This document shows positions 8,609-18,127 of a stretch of DNA of 64,000 nucleotides, piece after piece. The DNA is from a virus. Lineage: Duplodnaviria > Caudoviricetes. The translations under genes and the position numbers were made by a program. Below the pieces are notes generated by a model. It was not told the DNA's origin. It did no database searches and saw only the letters and a program-made list of their open reading frames with translations. The DNA lies in the IMG/VR virus record IMGVR_UViG_3300002220_000288, positions 1-64,000 of that record; one strand, written 5' to 3'. The stretch's first letter is position 1, and every line of letters begins with the position of its first letter.

Positions 8609-8726
8609 CGTTGTAATCATTCCAGTAACAGATGAGGTTATTGCGGATAACCAGAAGAAAATGGATGAGTTACTGAAGAAATTGCAGTCGATGAGAGGGG
8701 AGTGCCGGAGTGGGGAAAGTAACTGA
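8589..8726 (+). CDS. Small hypothetical protein
   Basis: Fills the gap in the coupled chain; start MKYPRT. Confidence 0.4.
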   Translation: MKYPRTNVVIIPVTDEVIADNQKKMDELLKKLQSMRGECRSGESN

Positions 8727-9012
8727 TGAAATACACCGACGCGAGGGCATAAAGCTAACTCGATACACCATCGAGGACGAGTCTTACGAAGACGAATACG
8801 GATCCATTCACGTCTCCTATGTCCCGTACCGGCACGACGGAAAAAGCAAGCAACGGCTTTCTCCAGAGACGATGAACCTAGGATGGATTGACGCAAGATC
8901 ATACATCACACTCGGAAAGTACAAGACCTGCGAACATTGCGGCAGTACTTTCTTAGAGAAGGAACAGGCTCCCGATGGAACACCATCGGAATCTAGCGGC
9001 CAACCTGCGTAA
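8710..9012 (+). CDS. Hypothetical protein with CxxC
   Basis: Coupled ORF, CEHCG. Confidence 0.55.
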   Translation: MGKVTDEIHRREGIKLTRYTIEDESYEDEYGSIHVSYVPYRHDGKSKQRLSPETMNLGWIDARSYITLGKYKTCEHCGSTFLEKEQAPDGTPSESSGQPA

Positions 9013-9013
9013 T

Positions 9014-9138
9014 GGTTGGGCAGTAACCCAGGGAAAGGAACCCCGGCTGGAGAAATCTGGCCGGGGGTACTGTTTTAACCGGCTGCTGGATATACAATAG
9101 AAATGCGGAGGCATTAGGTTAGCGCCATAGCCTCCGCA
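9014..9138 (+). other. Structured intergenic element (two hairpin domains) upstream of the initiator gene
   Basis: CCCCGGCTGGA-GAAA-TCTGGCCGGGG inside outer stem GGTTGGGCAGTA/TACTGTTTTAACC; second stem TGCGGAGGC/GCCTCCGCA. Confidence 0.5.
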
Positions 9139-9157
9139 GAACGGACAACTCATCTAT

Positions 9158-10567
9158 ATGAACATTGTACCAAATACTTTCGTGCAAATCCACGAAGACT
9201 GTATGCTTGCCACTGGCAGAGACGTGGCAATGGCTGCCGTTATAGCCGTAATAGAGAGGCTATCGAATATAAACACGGGCGGTCCAGGGGGCTGGGTAAG
9301 CGTGAGTGCGCAAGAAATCTCTAGGCTCTCTTGCTGGATCGTGGCCAAGAAAACAGTCTCTAAGAAGGTCAGCCAACTGAAGGAATTACAGTTGATTGAG
9401 GTTGAACTTGATAACGGAAGGACCCCTCTGTTTAGGGTTAAACGAGAAAATATTATCAAGATGGCTGGCAAAACTAGGTCTTACAGGACGCAAGATTCCC
9501 TCCTTCACCCACCTCTAGCAAAGGAGCATAATGGCATTTACCGTGAACCAGCGGCCGAATTTGAACCCCAAAACCCTCCTCCGGTAAAGGAGGGTTACCT
9601 CTTAAACCCTCCTACAGTAGAGGATGGCCTATCAGTAGACCCTCCTCCAGCAGCGCCTCAACCCTCCTCCGGCAAAGGAGGGCTATCTTATATATATATA
9701 GAGAAAGAAAAAGAAGAAGAAGTAAACATAAACACTCTAGTAATTGAAACAGTAGAGAATCCTTCTTTCCCTCTTAGAGGAAGAGAAACTTCCAATACAG
9801 AGAACTCAGAAAAAGCAGTAGACACTGACAAGACGAGAAAACAAGAAGAACAAGAAAACAAGAACGAGTCTGGCAACCTCGCTCCCTTAAAGGAAAAAAC
9901 GAACGATCACGGGAACACCGAAGTATCAACTAAAACAGAAAGCATTCAGAACGAGGAAAAAGAAAACACCATGAACGAAGATGTCCGTGCGGTACTAAAG
10001 TCCTACGATAAAATCCCAAAGAACAAAAGAGACAAAAACTCCCGAGGAAGCATTCTCTCCCTCTACAGGCAGCACGGAGACGTAATAGAAAAACTAGTCA
10101 ATGAACAAGGGCTTGAAGAAATACTCTCCGCCTTGGAAGATTTTAAGCGCGACTCCTACTGCGGCGATAAAGGATTCCCATTAAGGCTGTTCGCTTACCG
10201 GGCACGCAATTATTCAAAAAACACGAATCAGAACCATGGGGGGAACTACGGGGTAGGGAATGAAGAAAAAATCGCACCACGGGCCGTTTCCGTTCAAATA
10301 AGCACTATCCAGCAAGCAGAGGCGAGGCCGACAGAAGAGGAGTTGTGGAGGGCAATGAAGCGAAAGAAGAACCGCCGCAAGATGGCGATTGAGAGTATGC
10401 TCAGGCAAGTCTTGCCGGAGACGGTGGAAGGGTTCCTGCTTGAGGCGAGCAATCTGGACGCGATGACGCCGGAAAGAATCGAGCACTGGTATAAGATCGC
10501 CTCCGCGAAGTGGCACGAGGTTCGTGGGCCGTATGAGCCTACCGGAGGAACGACGCCGCTATGCTAG
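9158..10567 (+). CDS. Putative replication initiator (N-terminal wHTH, low-complexity linker)
   Basis: wHTH-like N-terminus (VSAQEISRLS..KTVSKKVSQLKELQLIEV); internal iterons; located upstream of primase and DnaB. Confidence 0.65.
   Translation: MNIVPNTFVQIHEDCMLATGRDVAMAAVIAVIERLSNINTGGPGGWVSVSAQEISRLSCWIVAKKTVSKKVSQLKELQLIEVELDNGRTPLFRVKRENIIKMAGKTRSYRTQDSLLHPPLAKEHNGIYREPAAEFEPQNPPPVKEGYLLNPPTVEDGLSVDPPPAAPQPSSGKGGLSYIYIEKEKEEEVNINTLVIETVENPSFPLRGRETSNTENSEKAVDTDKTRKQEEQENKNESGNLAPLKEKTNDHGNTEVSTKTESIQNEEKENTMNEDVRAVLKSYDKIPKNKRDKNSRGSILSLYRQHGDVIEKLVNEQGLEEILSALEDFKRDSYCGDKGFPLRLFAYRARNYSKNTNQNHGGNYGVGNEEKIAPRAVSVQISTIQQAEARPTEEELWRAMKRKKNRRKMAIESMLRQVLPETVEGFLLEASNLDAMTPERIEHWYKIASAKWHEVRGPYEPTGGTTPLC
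9572..9730. repeat. Putative origin of replication: palindromic iterons plus AT-rich tract
   Basis: ACCCTCCT-N7-AGGAGGG at 9573 and 9661, variants at 9606 and 9639, then (TA)n and a purine-rich A tract. Confidence 0.7.
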
Positions 10568-11202
10568 ACGCCGGGTATGTCAAGGAGTGCATCAAGCTTT
10601 CCGATATCGTCAAAGAGCACGTCGAGTTGAAGAAGAGCGGGTCTTCAAGCACTCGCTGGATTGGCCTTTGCCCTTTTCATCAGGAGCGGACGCCATCGTT
10701 TTGCGTCAGTGACGACCGTGGGTATTTTCGTTGTTTCGGCTGCGGAGCTAAGGGAGATGTGTTTTCTTTCTTGCAGCAGATCAACGGGGTTGACTTTAAG
10801 GAAGCAATCGGGCATTGTAAGCAGGTGGCCGGGATCAGGGATGAGTACCTAAGCCCTGAACAGAAAAAGATTTACGAGGCTCAGGCTAAGCGACGGGCGG
10901 CTGAGTCGGCGGACTTCAAGAAGTGGCGGCTAGGGCTTGTCGAGTCTCTGATTTGCTACACCAACGCAGTCTGGCGGAACTATCGGAAGGCTAGGCGGGA
11001 AGGGGAAGAGGGAGATGAGTTCTTCATCGAAGCGTCGGCAAAAGAGAAAGCCCTTGGCGACTTGGAGAGTATGCCGGAAAAGGACCTCATGGAATACTAC
11101 CGAACCCAAAAGTCGTGGGCAGGCGCGATGAACCCTCCGTGGTTTTTATCCAGTAAACGGTTGGCGATGGCGAAAGAAGAAAGGGGGCGGTCGAGTGCGT
11201 GA
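10561..11202 (+). CDS. CHC2 zinc-finger protein (DnaG zinc-binding domain as a separate gene)
   Basis: GLCPFHQERTPSF..FRCFGCGAKGDVFSF. Confidence 0.88.
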   Translation: MLDAGYVKECIKLSDIVKEHVELKKSGSSSTRWIGLCPFHQERTPSFCVSDDRGYFRCFGCGAKGDVFSFLQQINGVDFKEAIGHCKQVAGIRDEYLSPEQKKIYEAQAKRRAAESADFKKWRLGLVESLICYTNAVWRNYRKARREGEEGDEFFIEASAKEKALGDLESMPEKDLMEYYRTQKSWAGAMNPPWFLSSKRLAMAKEERGRSSA

Positions 11203-11416
11203 TGTTAAGCTGAAGGACGTTTGCAAGGATCGCGTTTATTGGATAAAGAAAAACGGCAAGTGGAAACTTTGCTCGTACATGGAGCACGATTACCCGGATG
11301 GAACGAGTGGGTACTTTTTCGATCTCAGAAACCACGTCAAGATTTTCAACTTCGATAAGATTGAAAGAATAGTCGAAGTCGATGAGCCAGCCGATGCTAC
11401 TGAAATATCTCGATGA
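11195..11416 (+). CDS. Hypothetical protein between primase halves
   Basis: Overlaps both neighbours. Confidence 0.5.
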   Translation: MRDVKLKDVCKDRVYWIKKNGKWKLCSYMEHDYPDGTSGYFFDLRNHVKIFNFDKIERIVEVDEPADATEISR

Positions 11417-12038
11417 GTTTAAGGAAAACTTGAGGAGGAACGCGCACATTCATGAATACCTCATCAATAGGGGGTTGTCTGATGAAACGATTGAAGAGTT
11501 GGAGATTGGCTATGCAGGCAGGATTAGCGACAGCTATATGTACCGTTTTAGCGACAGGGTGATGTTTCCGATATTCAACGCGGCTTGCGACTTGATTGCG
11601 TTCGGCGGAAGGACACTAGGGCAAGACGAGAGCAAGTATATCAACTCGCCAGAAAGCCCTTTGTATTCTAAGTCTCGCACTCTCTACAACTTAGACAAGG
11701 CGCAAGACCATATCCTTGACATGGGTTACGCTATTGTCGTCGAGGGGTATTTTGACGTAGCTGCTTTGTGGGAGTGCGGTATCAGAAACGTTGTTGCTAC
11801 TTGCGGGACGGCAATGACTAGACATCAGTTGAGGCTATTGAAGCGGTATGCTGATTGGGTTGCGCTTTGTTATGACGGAGATTCCGCTGGCTCTCGTGCC
11901 GCATTGCGTGCGGCGGAAGGATTAGCCGAAGAGCGGTTTCCGATCAAAGTGGTCACACTCCCGGATGGGATGGACCCGGATGATTATGTTCAGAAAAACA
12001 GTGGAGTTGATCTAATGAGGCTTGTCAATGGAAGATAA
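11382..12038 (+). CDS. dnaG: DnaG primase catalytic core + TOPRIM
   Basis: RFSDRVMFPI, AFGGR, KYINSPE, VVEGYFDV, TCGTA, YDGDSAG, DPDD. Confidence 0.9.
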   Translation: MSQPMLLKYLDEFKENLRRNAHIHEYLINRGLSDETIEELEIGYAGRISDSYMYRFSDRVMFPIFNAACDLIAFGGRTLGQDESKYINSPESPLYSKSRTLYNLDKAQDHILDMGYAIVVEGYFDVAALWECGIRNVVATCGTAMTRHQLRLLKRYADWVALCYDGDSAGSRAALRAAEGLAEERFPIKVVTLPDGMDPDDYVQKNSGVDLMRLVNGR

Positions 12039-12264
12039 GAAAACAGTTTTTGTTTTAAGCTGCCCGTTCTGTGGAAGGAAACCTTCCTTCTTCAAAGAGT
12101 TTCTTTGGTCTTGGACTGGTCCTGTGTTTATTGCTTCATGTACTCGGTGCCAAGTCCGCAAAAGCGCAGACACGTTAGATAAATGCGTTAAGGCTTGGAA
12201 CAGGCGATACAGCGGAAGCAAACAAGGGTATGCTCATACTTTCTCAAAGGGGTTCAATGTCTAA
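12022..12264 (+). CDS. Lar-like restriction alleviation Zn-finger protein
   Basis: CPFCG..CTRC..AWNRR. Confidence 0.7.
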   Translation: MSMEDKKTVFVLSCPFCGRKPSFFKEFLWSWTGPVFIASCTRCQVRKSADTLDKCVKAWNRRYSGSKQGYAHTFSKGFNV

Positions 12265-13627
12265 AAAAGTCAAACAGAGCATTGCCGCGACGATCGCTGA
12301 GTCGGTTGGCGACGGAACATTCAGAACTAAGAACGTCGATCTGGAGAGAAAGATTCTTTACCAGTGTTTCCGTAAAGCGTTCAATCTTCAGATAATTACT
12401 GCAAATTTAACAGTTGACGACTTCTCTGATGTCCGTCACAAGATTTTCTACAAGTACGTTCTGAACTCGAACGAGCAGGGCCGACTGCCAGACCCTTCAA
12501 TCTGTCTTGCGACTGCCAAGCGTAGCGTTGAGTTCGAGGTAGAACCGGATGACTATGAATCCGGGATGCGCGATCTGCTTGAGTCAGAAGAAGAGATCGA
12601 CGTAGAGGCGGCTTGCCACCTGCTGCACGATCTTTACATTGTCCGTAAGATCCTCGGGTTCGCTAAGCGCATTGACTCCAATATCTCCGAAGGCGCTGAT
12701 ACCGCCGACCTTATCGGGCACGCTGAGGAGTTTATCCGTGGCGTTGCGACTGACTCTATCAAGGCTAATACCCTGAAGACAATCGACGATCTCGTTGAGA
12801 GTAGCCCTAAGGGTATCTATGACTTTATCGAGAATGAGCGAGATACGATCGCCACTCCGTTCCCGACCTTGAACGAGTACATTAACGGGTTTGAGCCTGG
12901 AAAACTGGTGATTATTGGGGCAAGACCCTCGACCGGAAAAACGGCCCTGTTGTGCCAGTTAGCCTTTGAAGCCGCCAACAAGCAGCGGTCAGTGCTTTTC
13001 TATAGCCACGAAATGTGGGCGAAAGATATGTGGACTCGCATCTTCTGCCAGCAGGTCGGAATTATGGGCAGTGACTTCTTGCATAACTGTTTAAGCGAAG
13101 ATGAGAAGGCAAGGGTGATTGAGTTTGTAAGGCATTCTGCCCCGAGGAACTTACGGATTTCTGACAGCGGCGGGAGAACCCCGCTTTCTCTACGCGCAGA
13201 ACTTGCTCGATATAAAGCAAAGTACGGCAACCCGGATATGGTGGTAATTGACTATCTGCAAAGAATGAAGTGCCCGAATAAGTCTGGCAACCGATTCCAG
13301 GAGGTATCAGAGATTTCTCGCTCTCTTAAAGACATCGCCATGGAATTCAACACTCGAATGATTGTTGCTGCTCAGGTCAGCCGTGCGGCGGAGAATCGCC
13401 CAGGCGGAGACAACCGACCACAGATGAGCGACTTGAGAGAGTCGGGAGATATTGAAGCAGATGCCGACTTGATCGTTTTCCCGCACCGGCCTAGTCTATA
13501 CTGGAAGAAGGCAGGACAGCCGCCGCCGCCTGATGAACTTATCGTGGTAAAGAACCGCCAAGGGAGAACGGGGATTATCCAGGTTCAGTACAATGGCCCT
13601 TACTACAAGTTTGTAGAAAAGGTATAG
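12257..13627 (+). CDS. dnaB: Replicative DNA helicase
   Basis: IGARPSTGKT, SHEM, VIDYLQ, AQVSR, SDLRESGDIEADAD, KNRQG; start set at MSKK. Confidence 0.93.
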   Translation: MSKKVKQSIAATIAESVGDGTFRTKNVDLERKILYQCFRKAFNLQIITANLTVDDFSDVRHKIFYKYVLNSNEQGRLPDPSICLATAKRSVEFEVEPDDYESGMRDLLESEEEIDVEAACHLLHDLYIVRKILGFAKRIDSNISEGADTADLIGHAEEFIRGVATDSIKANTLKTIDDLVESSPKGIYDFIENERDTIATPFPTLNEYINGFEPGKLVIIGARPSTGKTALLCQLAFEAANKQRSVLFYSHEMWAKDMWTRIFCQQVGIMGSDFLHNCLSEDEKARVIEFVRHSAPRNLRISDSGGRTPLSLRAELARYKAKYGNPDMVVIDYLQRMKCPNKSGNRFQEVSEISRSLKDIAMEFNTRMIVAAQVSRAAENRPGGDNRPQMSDLRESGDIEADADLIVFPHRPSLYWKKAGQPPPPDELIVVKNRQGRTGIIQVQYNGPYYKFVEKV

Positions 13628-13653
13628 TGTGGTAACATCTTTAAGAGGACAGA

Positions 13654-13929
13654 ATGCTTTATAGAGTGAATTTCCTGATCGGTAAGCCAAAAGAAAAGAA
13701 GGACCTTGATAGCCTGTATATTCAGTCGGCTGATCGGGACGAGGCCATCGCGCAATCCCAAGAGTTTGCGGAGAAGGTTTTCCCTAATCTGGAAATCGAG
13801 ATGGAGTCAATAACGACCCTGCCTGAGGGGACGGTTATTACTTGCGTTAACTCGATGGAGTTTATCCCAAAGGACAAGGAGATTGAAGAGCCTTTGGTGT
13901 TCGCCAAACAGTCAGTGCTTATTTCGTAG
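13654..13929 (+). CDS. Hypothetical protein
   Basis: GAGG RBS. Confidence 0.6.
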   Translation: MLYRVNFLIGKPKEKKDLDSLYIQSADRDEAIAQSQEFAEKVFPNLEIEMESITTLPEGTVITCVNSMEFIPKDKEIEEPLVFAKQSVLIS

Positions 13930-13937
13930 AGGAGATC

Positions 13938-14735
13938 ATGAGCGAATTTCAGGTGTTGAAGCGGCCTGCTCATCAGGTCACTGCCGAATTGGAAAACAGC
14001 TTGTCCGAAATCCTTATTGGGGATGATGTAACGGATCAAGAGAAAGAGATTATCGCCACGGTGTTCCGACACCCTGACGATCAGATTGATGTTGTTATTC
14101 CAGACAACATCAAGGCCGACGACTTAGCGGCTCAAGTCGTTGCTTGTACGAAGGTGTTCAGCCGGGTCGGTCGTGCCCATAGGCGAATGGTTCCTATTCT
14201 TGGGCGAATGTTCAGCGTGTTGCAGTATCGCAAGGATGTGCTGGATATCCTTGGCTGCAAGAACTTCACCGACTTCATGGACAACCTCGTTCCGAAGGTA
14301 TTCCGCATAAACCGGAACGATGCGTATTCATGTCTGCGAATTGCGAGAGAGTTCCCGCAAATTACGGTAAACACCTTCGATGGCCTGACTATTGCGAAGC
14401 TGAAGGCAATTGCCCGTGCGATTCCTTATAACAATGGTTTTATCTCAGACCGGCAGATGAGCGTTAGGAATGAACTGGTCACAAAGGCTAGGGATCTAAA
14501 CTACGAGGGCCTCATTGAACACATGCACGACCAGGGCATTGTGGATAAGGAAGTAGTGATGCCTTCTAAGGTGGTAGTTCGTACTAGCGAGGAAGTGGCT
14601 AAGAAGTGGGAGAAGTTTAAGGAAGACCCACGGGTTCGCTCTTATGTCGGGACCGAGAATGAGGGCGTTATTTTCGACGCTATGATGGCCGAGTGTTTCA
14701 CTACTTGGATCGCTGTTTACACGGCAGAGGAATAG
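13938..14735 (+). CDS. Hypothetical protein
   Basis: GAGGAG RBS, 265-aa ORF. Confidence 0.7.
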   Translation: MSEFQVLKRPAHQVTAELENSLSEILIGDDVTDQEKEIIATVFRHPDDQIDVVIPDNIKADDLAAQVVACTKVFSRVGRAHRRMVPILGRMFSVLQYRKDVLDILGCKNFTDFMDNLVPKVFRINRNDAYSCLRIAREFPQITVNTFDGLTIAKLKAIARAIPYNNGFISDRQMSVRNELVTKARDLNYEGLIEHMHDQGIVDKEVVMPSKVVVRTSEEVAKKWEKFKEDPRVRSYVGTENEGVIFDAMMAECFTTWIAVYTAEE

Positions 14736-14736
14736 T

Positions 14737-15072
14737 ATGAATAAGTCCTCTCTTGAGCGTGTTACTGGATGGAAAGTCGTCAAGCTAAGCCGGGAGTCGT
14801 TCGGCTTAGCTGAGTCAGAAGGCAGTGAACCTGTTTTCGTTGAAAAGGGGAAAAAGGATTCTCTTGTTTTCGACAAGCTACACCGATTGTTTTGGGAGAT
14901 GAGGAAGCGGCAGGTGTTTAATCGGGATAATTGGCGATGCCGGTCTTGCTCTAGCGTCCTTCAACTACAGTGTGACCATATCGTGAATAGAAGTTCTGGC
15001 GGGACTCACGACATGGACAACCTTCAAACTTTGTGTGCCCAATGTCACTATTCAAAGACGATGCGTATTTAG
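14737..15072 (+). CDS. HNH endonuclease
   Basis: RDNWRCRSC..DHIV..GG.HDMDNLQTLCAQCH. Confidence 0.88.
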   Translation: MNKSSLERVTGWKVVKLSRESFGLAESEGSEPVFVEKGKKDSLVFDKLHRLFWEMRKRQVFNRDNWRCRSCSSVLQLQCDHIVNRSSGGTHDMDNLQTLCAQCHYSKTMRI

Positions 15073-15455
15073 ATATCACGATAGAAGCGGACGTTATCTC
15101 CAAGAAGAACGCATACGGTTCCGGGAAGGGCGGCAGGCGTTTTAAGCCGGATCGGGTTGTAGACGCAGAGAATGACGCTCTCCTTCAAATCCCTGCCGAA
15201 TACTTTGGCCTTGAGTTAAAGCACCCAGCAGTCGAATTCAAGGCTTACCTGCCAAAGAAGTCTTGGGCTATGGATAGAGACGGAGCATGGACGACTGTGC
15301 TGGATTATCTCGTCAAGGCCGGAGTACTTAAAGACGACAACGTGAGGAACTTCAACGCTCCGGTATACCTTCATCCTACTGAAGAATCGGCAGTTAAGAG
15401 GTTTCGAGTGCGAATCTACCCGAATGGAGAATTGAAAATCAGTGCTGACCTCTGA
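15033..15455 (+). CDS. rusA: RusA-like Holliday junction resolvase
   Basis: SKKN, DRDG..VLDYL..AGVLKDDN; start uncertain. Confidence 0.7.
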   Translation: MCPMSLFKDDAYLDITIEADVISKKNAYGSGKGGRRFKPDRVVDAENDALLQIPAEYFGLELKHPAVEFKAYLPKKSWAMDRDGAWTTVLDYLVKAGVLKDDNVRNFNAPVYLHPTEESAVKRFRVRIYPNGELKISADL

Positions 15456-16761
15456 CGTGTACCTAGCTGCCGTAAACTTTATCTACCTAAAGGATTACGA
15501 CAGGGCGTTTCGGCTTTTGAAGAACATCGAGAATAGCCACAAAGACGGCGTAGACAACGACGTTATCCAGAACGCTATTGGCTCAGTGTTGCTCAACAAA
15601 GGGAACCACCACGGCGCTATTGAGCATTTCAGTGAGGCATACAAAATGAATCCAACTCCTGAATATGCAGCAAATCTAGCCCAAGCTCATATGTTTGCGT
15701 TTGCCCCTGCTTCTGCTCTTGAGGTTTGCAGCCATACGATTGATTACTTTAACGACGAGGGGTGCGAACTGGTAAAGCTAAAGGCGGCGAGTGCCTGTGA
15801 TATGCTCGGTCTTTACGAGAGGTCTAGGCAGTTCCTGAAGGACGAGCAGGGCGTATACCTAGGGATGAAGCTAATGCAGCTTGGGGACTACGAGAACGGG
15901 ACCAAGTTTTACTCTAAGAGATTAGAGCAATACTCGAAGATGATTCCTGGCTACGAGAAGCTTCGGTTCCTGTCTGGATGGGACGAAGCAATTGATGAGT
16001 TTGGGGTCCGCGTCATCCTTGAGCAGGGCCTTGGCGACTGCCTTATGATGATACCTGCGATCCTGGAGTTATCTCGACGTGGTGTAGAGGTTACGGTTGT
16101 TTCACTAGACGGTCGCCACGACTCATTCGTAGACGACATAGTTACCCAATACGAAGGGTACGAAAACATCTTCTCTGAGAAGATGAGGTCTTTTGAACTT
16201 GAGCGATACAAAGCCTCTAGCATGATCTGGATGTTTGATCTGATGAGGAACGCGCCGGAGATTAACGCTAAGTGTCTTTCGGTCAACCCGCAAATAGCGG
16301 CTCTTGCATCTGATCTCGATGGATATATTGGCATTTGCTGGCGAGGAAACCCAGAGCATCAAAACGACCACTGGCGAAGCACTCAAGTAGAAGAGTTCTT
16401 GCCACTGATTAAGTCCAGGAAGTGCATCTCTTTACAGATTGGCCTGACTGATAGGGAGCGGGAGTTCCTGAAGAACAACAACGTGAAAGTGTGGGATCGA
16501 AAGGGCCTGGTTTCGCTTGCTGCTATTATCAGTAACTTGAAGTGTGTCGTTACGGTCGATACCGCCATCTCTCACATGGCAGGCGTGCTTGGAACTCCTT
16601 GCTATACAATGGTCCCGGTGAACTCAGACTGGCGCTGGGGTTTGACTCCAGAGGCCAATAAGTTCTATAATCCTTCTATTCACCACACGGTTTTTCAGCG
16701 AAGGATCGGGCGGTGGAGTGAGACGATATCAGACGCTTGCGCTATGGTTTGGAGTGAATAA
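15442..16761 (+). CDS. TPR-containing GT-B glycosyltransferase (GT9-like)
   Basis: N-terminal TPR-like helices; EQGLGD, IGICWRGNP, VVTVDTAISHMAGVLG, DWRW. Confidence 0.8.
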   Translation: MLTSDVYLAAVNFIYLKDYDRAFRLLKNIENSHKDGVDNDVIQNAIGSVLLNKGNHHGAIEHFSEAYKMNPTPEYAANLAQAHMFAFAPASALEVCSHTIDYFNDEGCELVKLKAASACDMLGLYERSRQFLKDEQGVYLGMKLMQLGDYENGTKFYSKRLEQYSKMIPGYEKLRFLSGWDEAIDEFGVRVILEQGLGDCLMMIPAILELSRRGVEVTVVSLDGRHDSFVDDIVTQYEGYENIFSEKMRSFELERYKASSMIWMFDLMRNAPEINAKCLSVNPQIAALASDLDGYIGICWRGNPEHQNDHWRSTQVEEFLPLIKSRKCISLQIGLTDREREFLKNNNVKVWDRKGLVSLAAIISNLKCVVTVDTAISHMAGVLGTPCYTMVPVNSDWRWGLTPEANKFYNPSIHHTVFQRRIGRWSETISDACAMVWSE

Positions 16762-17009
16762 TGTTTTCATTCTTCAGGAATAAAAGGAAAAACCGAGCTT
16801 ACTGGCTTAAAAACTCTCTTGCGAGAGAGAATGATGGGGTAGTGATAGCCTTAGTCGATGAGGACCCTGGTACCGGCCTTTGGGGGTACTCTAAGTTCGA
16901 CGGGAAGAAAGCTAGTAAGTGGGAGTTTGGTTATGTGACTAAGGAATACGCAAAGAGGGGTGCGGTTTCCGCGATAGGTGTTGAATTGATTGATGCGCCA
17001 AAGCAGTAA
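16761..17009 (+). CDS. Hypothetical protein
   Basis: TAATG coupling. Confidence 0.55.
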   Translation: MFSFFRNKRKNRAYWLKNSLARENDGVVIALVDEDPGTGLWGYSKFDGKKASKWEFGYVTKEYAKRGAVSAIGVELIDAPKQ

Positions 17010-17026
17010 ATAAAAGGAGGTAGTGA

Positions 17027-18121
17027 ATGGTTGATTTTGCTTGTTACCTGCCGGAACCCGGCGCTTACGGGTGGGGCAGGTGTTCGGAGTGGGTGGTCCG
17101 TCATCTTGCAGATAAAGGAGTAGAGTGCCATAACAGTTACCAGTCAGACTCAATCGAAACTGGAGCTAATGTCGTTCTTTCTGCCCTGTCTGACCACAGG
17201 CTTCAATACACCAGTAGCGTTATGGGGAATAAGAACGTTGGCTATGGATTCATTGAGAACAACATAGCTGGCGAGAGGATGGCCTACTACGGCAATCGTC
17301 TTTGGGATTCAATTGTATGTGGCAGCACATGGATGAAGGAATGGCTTGAGCCGCTTGTTGATATACCTGTTTCCGTGGCTATTCAAGGTATCCAGACAGC
17401 AGAGTTCTCTTACATGGAACAGTCGGAAGATAAGCCTTTCACGGTCGGGTCATTCGGTAAGTTTGAGTTCCGCAAGGGGCAAGACATCGCAATTAAAGCC
17501 ATGGCTATCTTCCAAGAGCGGCATCCTGAGGTATGCCTGAATTATAACTGGCACAATCAGTGGCCTGCTTTAATGCGGCAATTCGCTTGGAACGCCCACT
17601 CTAAAATCAGGATGTCTTACTCTCTTGACGATGGATGGTACAAAGAAAACGAGTTCGGATTCTTTGCCAATACTCTTGAAAATGCAAAGGTAAAAAACGG
17701 AAAGAATGTCAGTAATTGGTGGATGAGTTACGCTTATCGCTCATGCGACGTGATTCTATTTCCTAATCGTTGTGAGGCAGGAACTAATCTATGTCTAATG
17801 GAGGCGCTTGCCTGCGGTGTTCCTTGCATCGCTACGGATGCCACTGGGCATACAGACATCACGAGGAATGAGGACTATCCGTGCAAAGACCTGTCACTGA
17901 CTTGCGGATCTCCTAAGACGTTCTACCAGGGCGATTACCCGCTAGGAAACTGGCACGACCCCTGCCTAGATGAAGTTGTATCGAAACTAGAGCAGGCTTA
18001 TCGGCAGAGAGATGAACTCGCCTCTCGACGTAAGGCTATCTCGAAGTTCGGCCAGAAGTTCAAGTGGGGAGACACGGCAAACTCTCTTTACGATGCAATG
18101 GTGAAGGTTCGGGTACAATAA
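17027..18121 (+). CDS. GT4-family glycosyltransferase
   Basis: GKFEFRKGQD, FPNRCEAGTNLCLMEALACGVPCIAT (EX7E-like). Confidence 0.85.
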   Translation: MVDFACYLPEPGAYGWGRCSEWVVRHLADKGVECHNSYQSDSIETGANVVLSALSDHRLQYTSSVMGNKNVGYGFIENNIAGERMAYYGNRLWDSIVCGSTWMKEWLEPLVDIPVSVAIQGIQTAEFSYMEQSEDKPFTVGSFGKFEFRKGQDIAIKAMAIFQERHPEVCLNYNWHNQWPALMRQFAWNAHSKIRMSYSLDDGWYKENEFGFFANTLENAKVKNGKNVSNWWMSYAYRSCDVILFPNRCEAGTNLCLMEALACGVPCIATDATGHTDITRNEDYPCKDLSLTCGSPKTFYQGDYPLGNWHDPCLDEVVSKLEQAYRQRDELASRRKAISKFGQKFKWGDTANSLYDAMVKVRVQ

Positions 18122-18127
18122 ACTGAC

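Noticed and set aside
9971-10567. Internal start (MNEDVRAV) giving a separate C-terminal initiator product
   Set aside because: The nearest GAGG is about 14 nt upstream, which is too weak to support.
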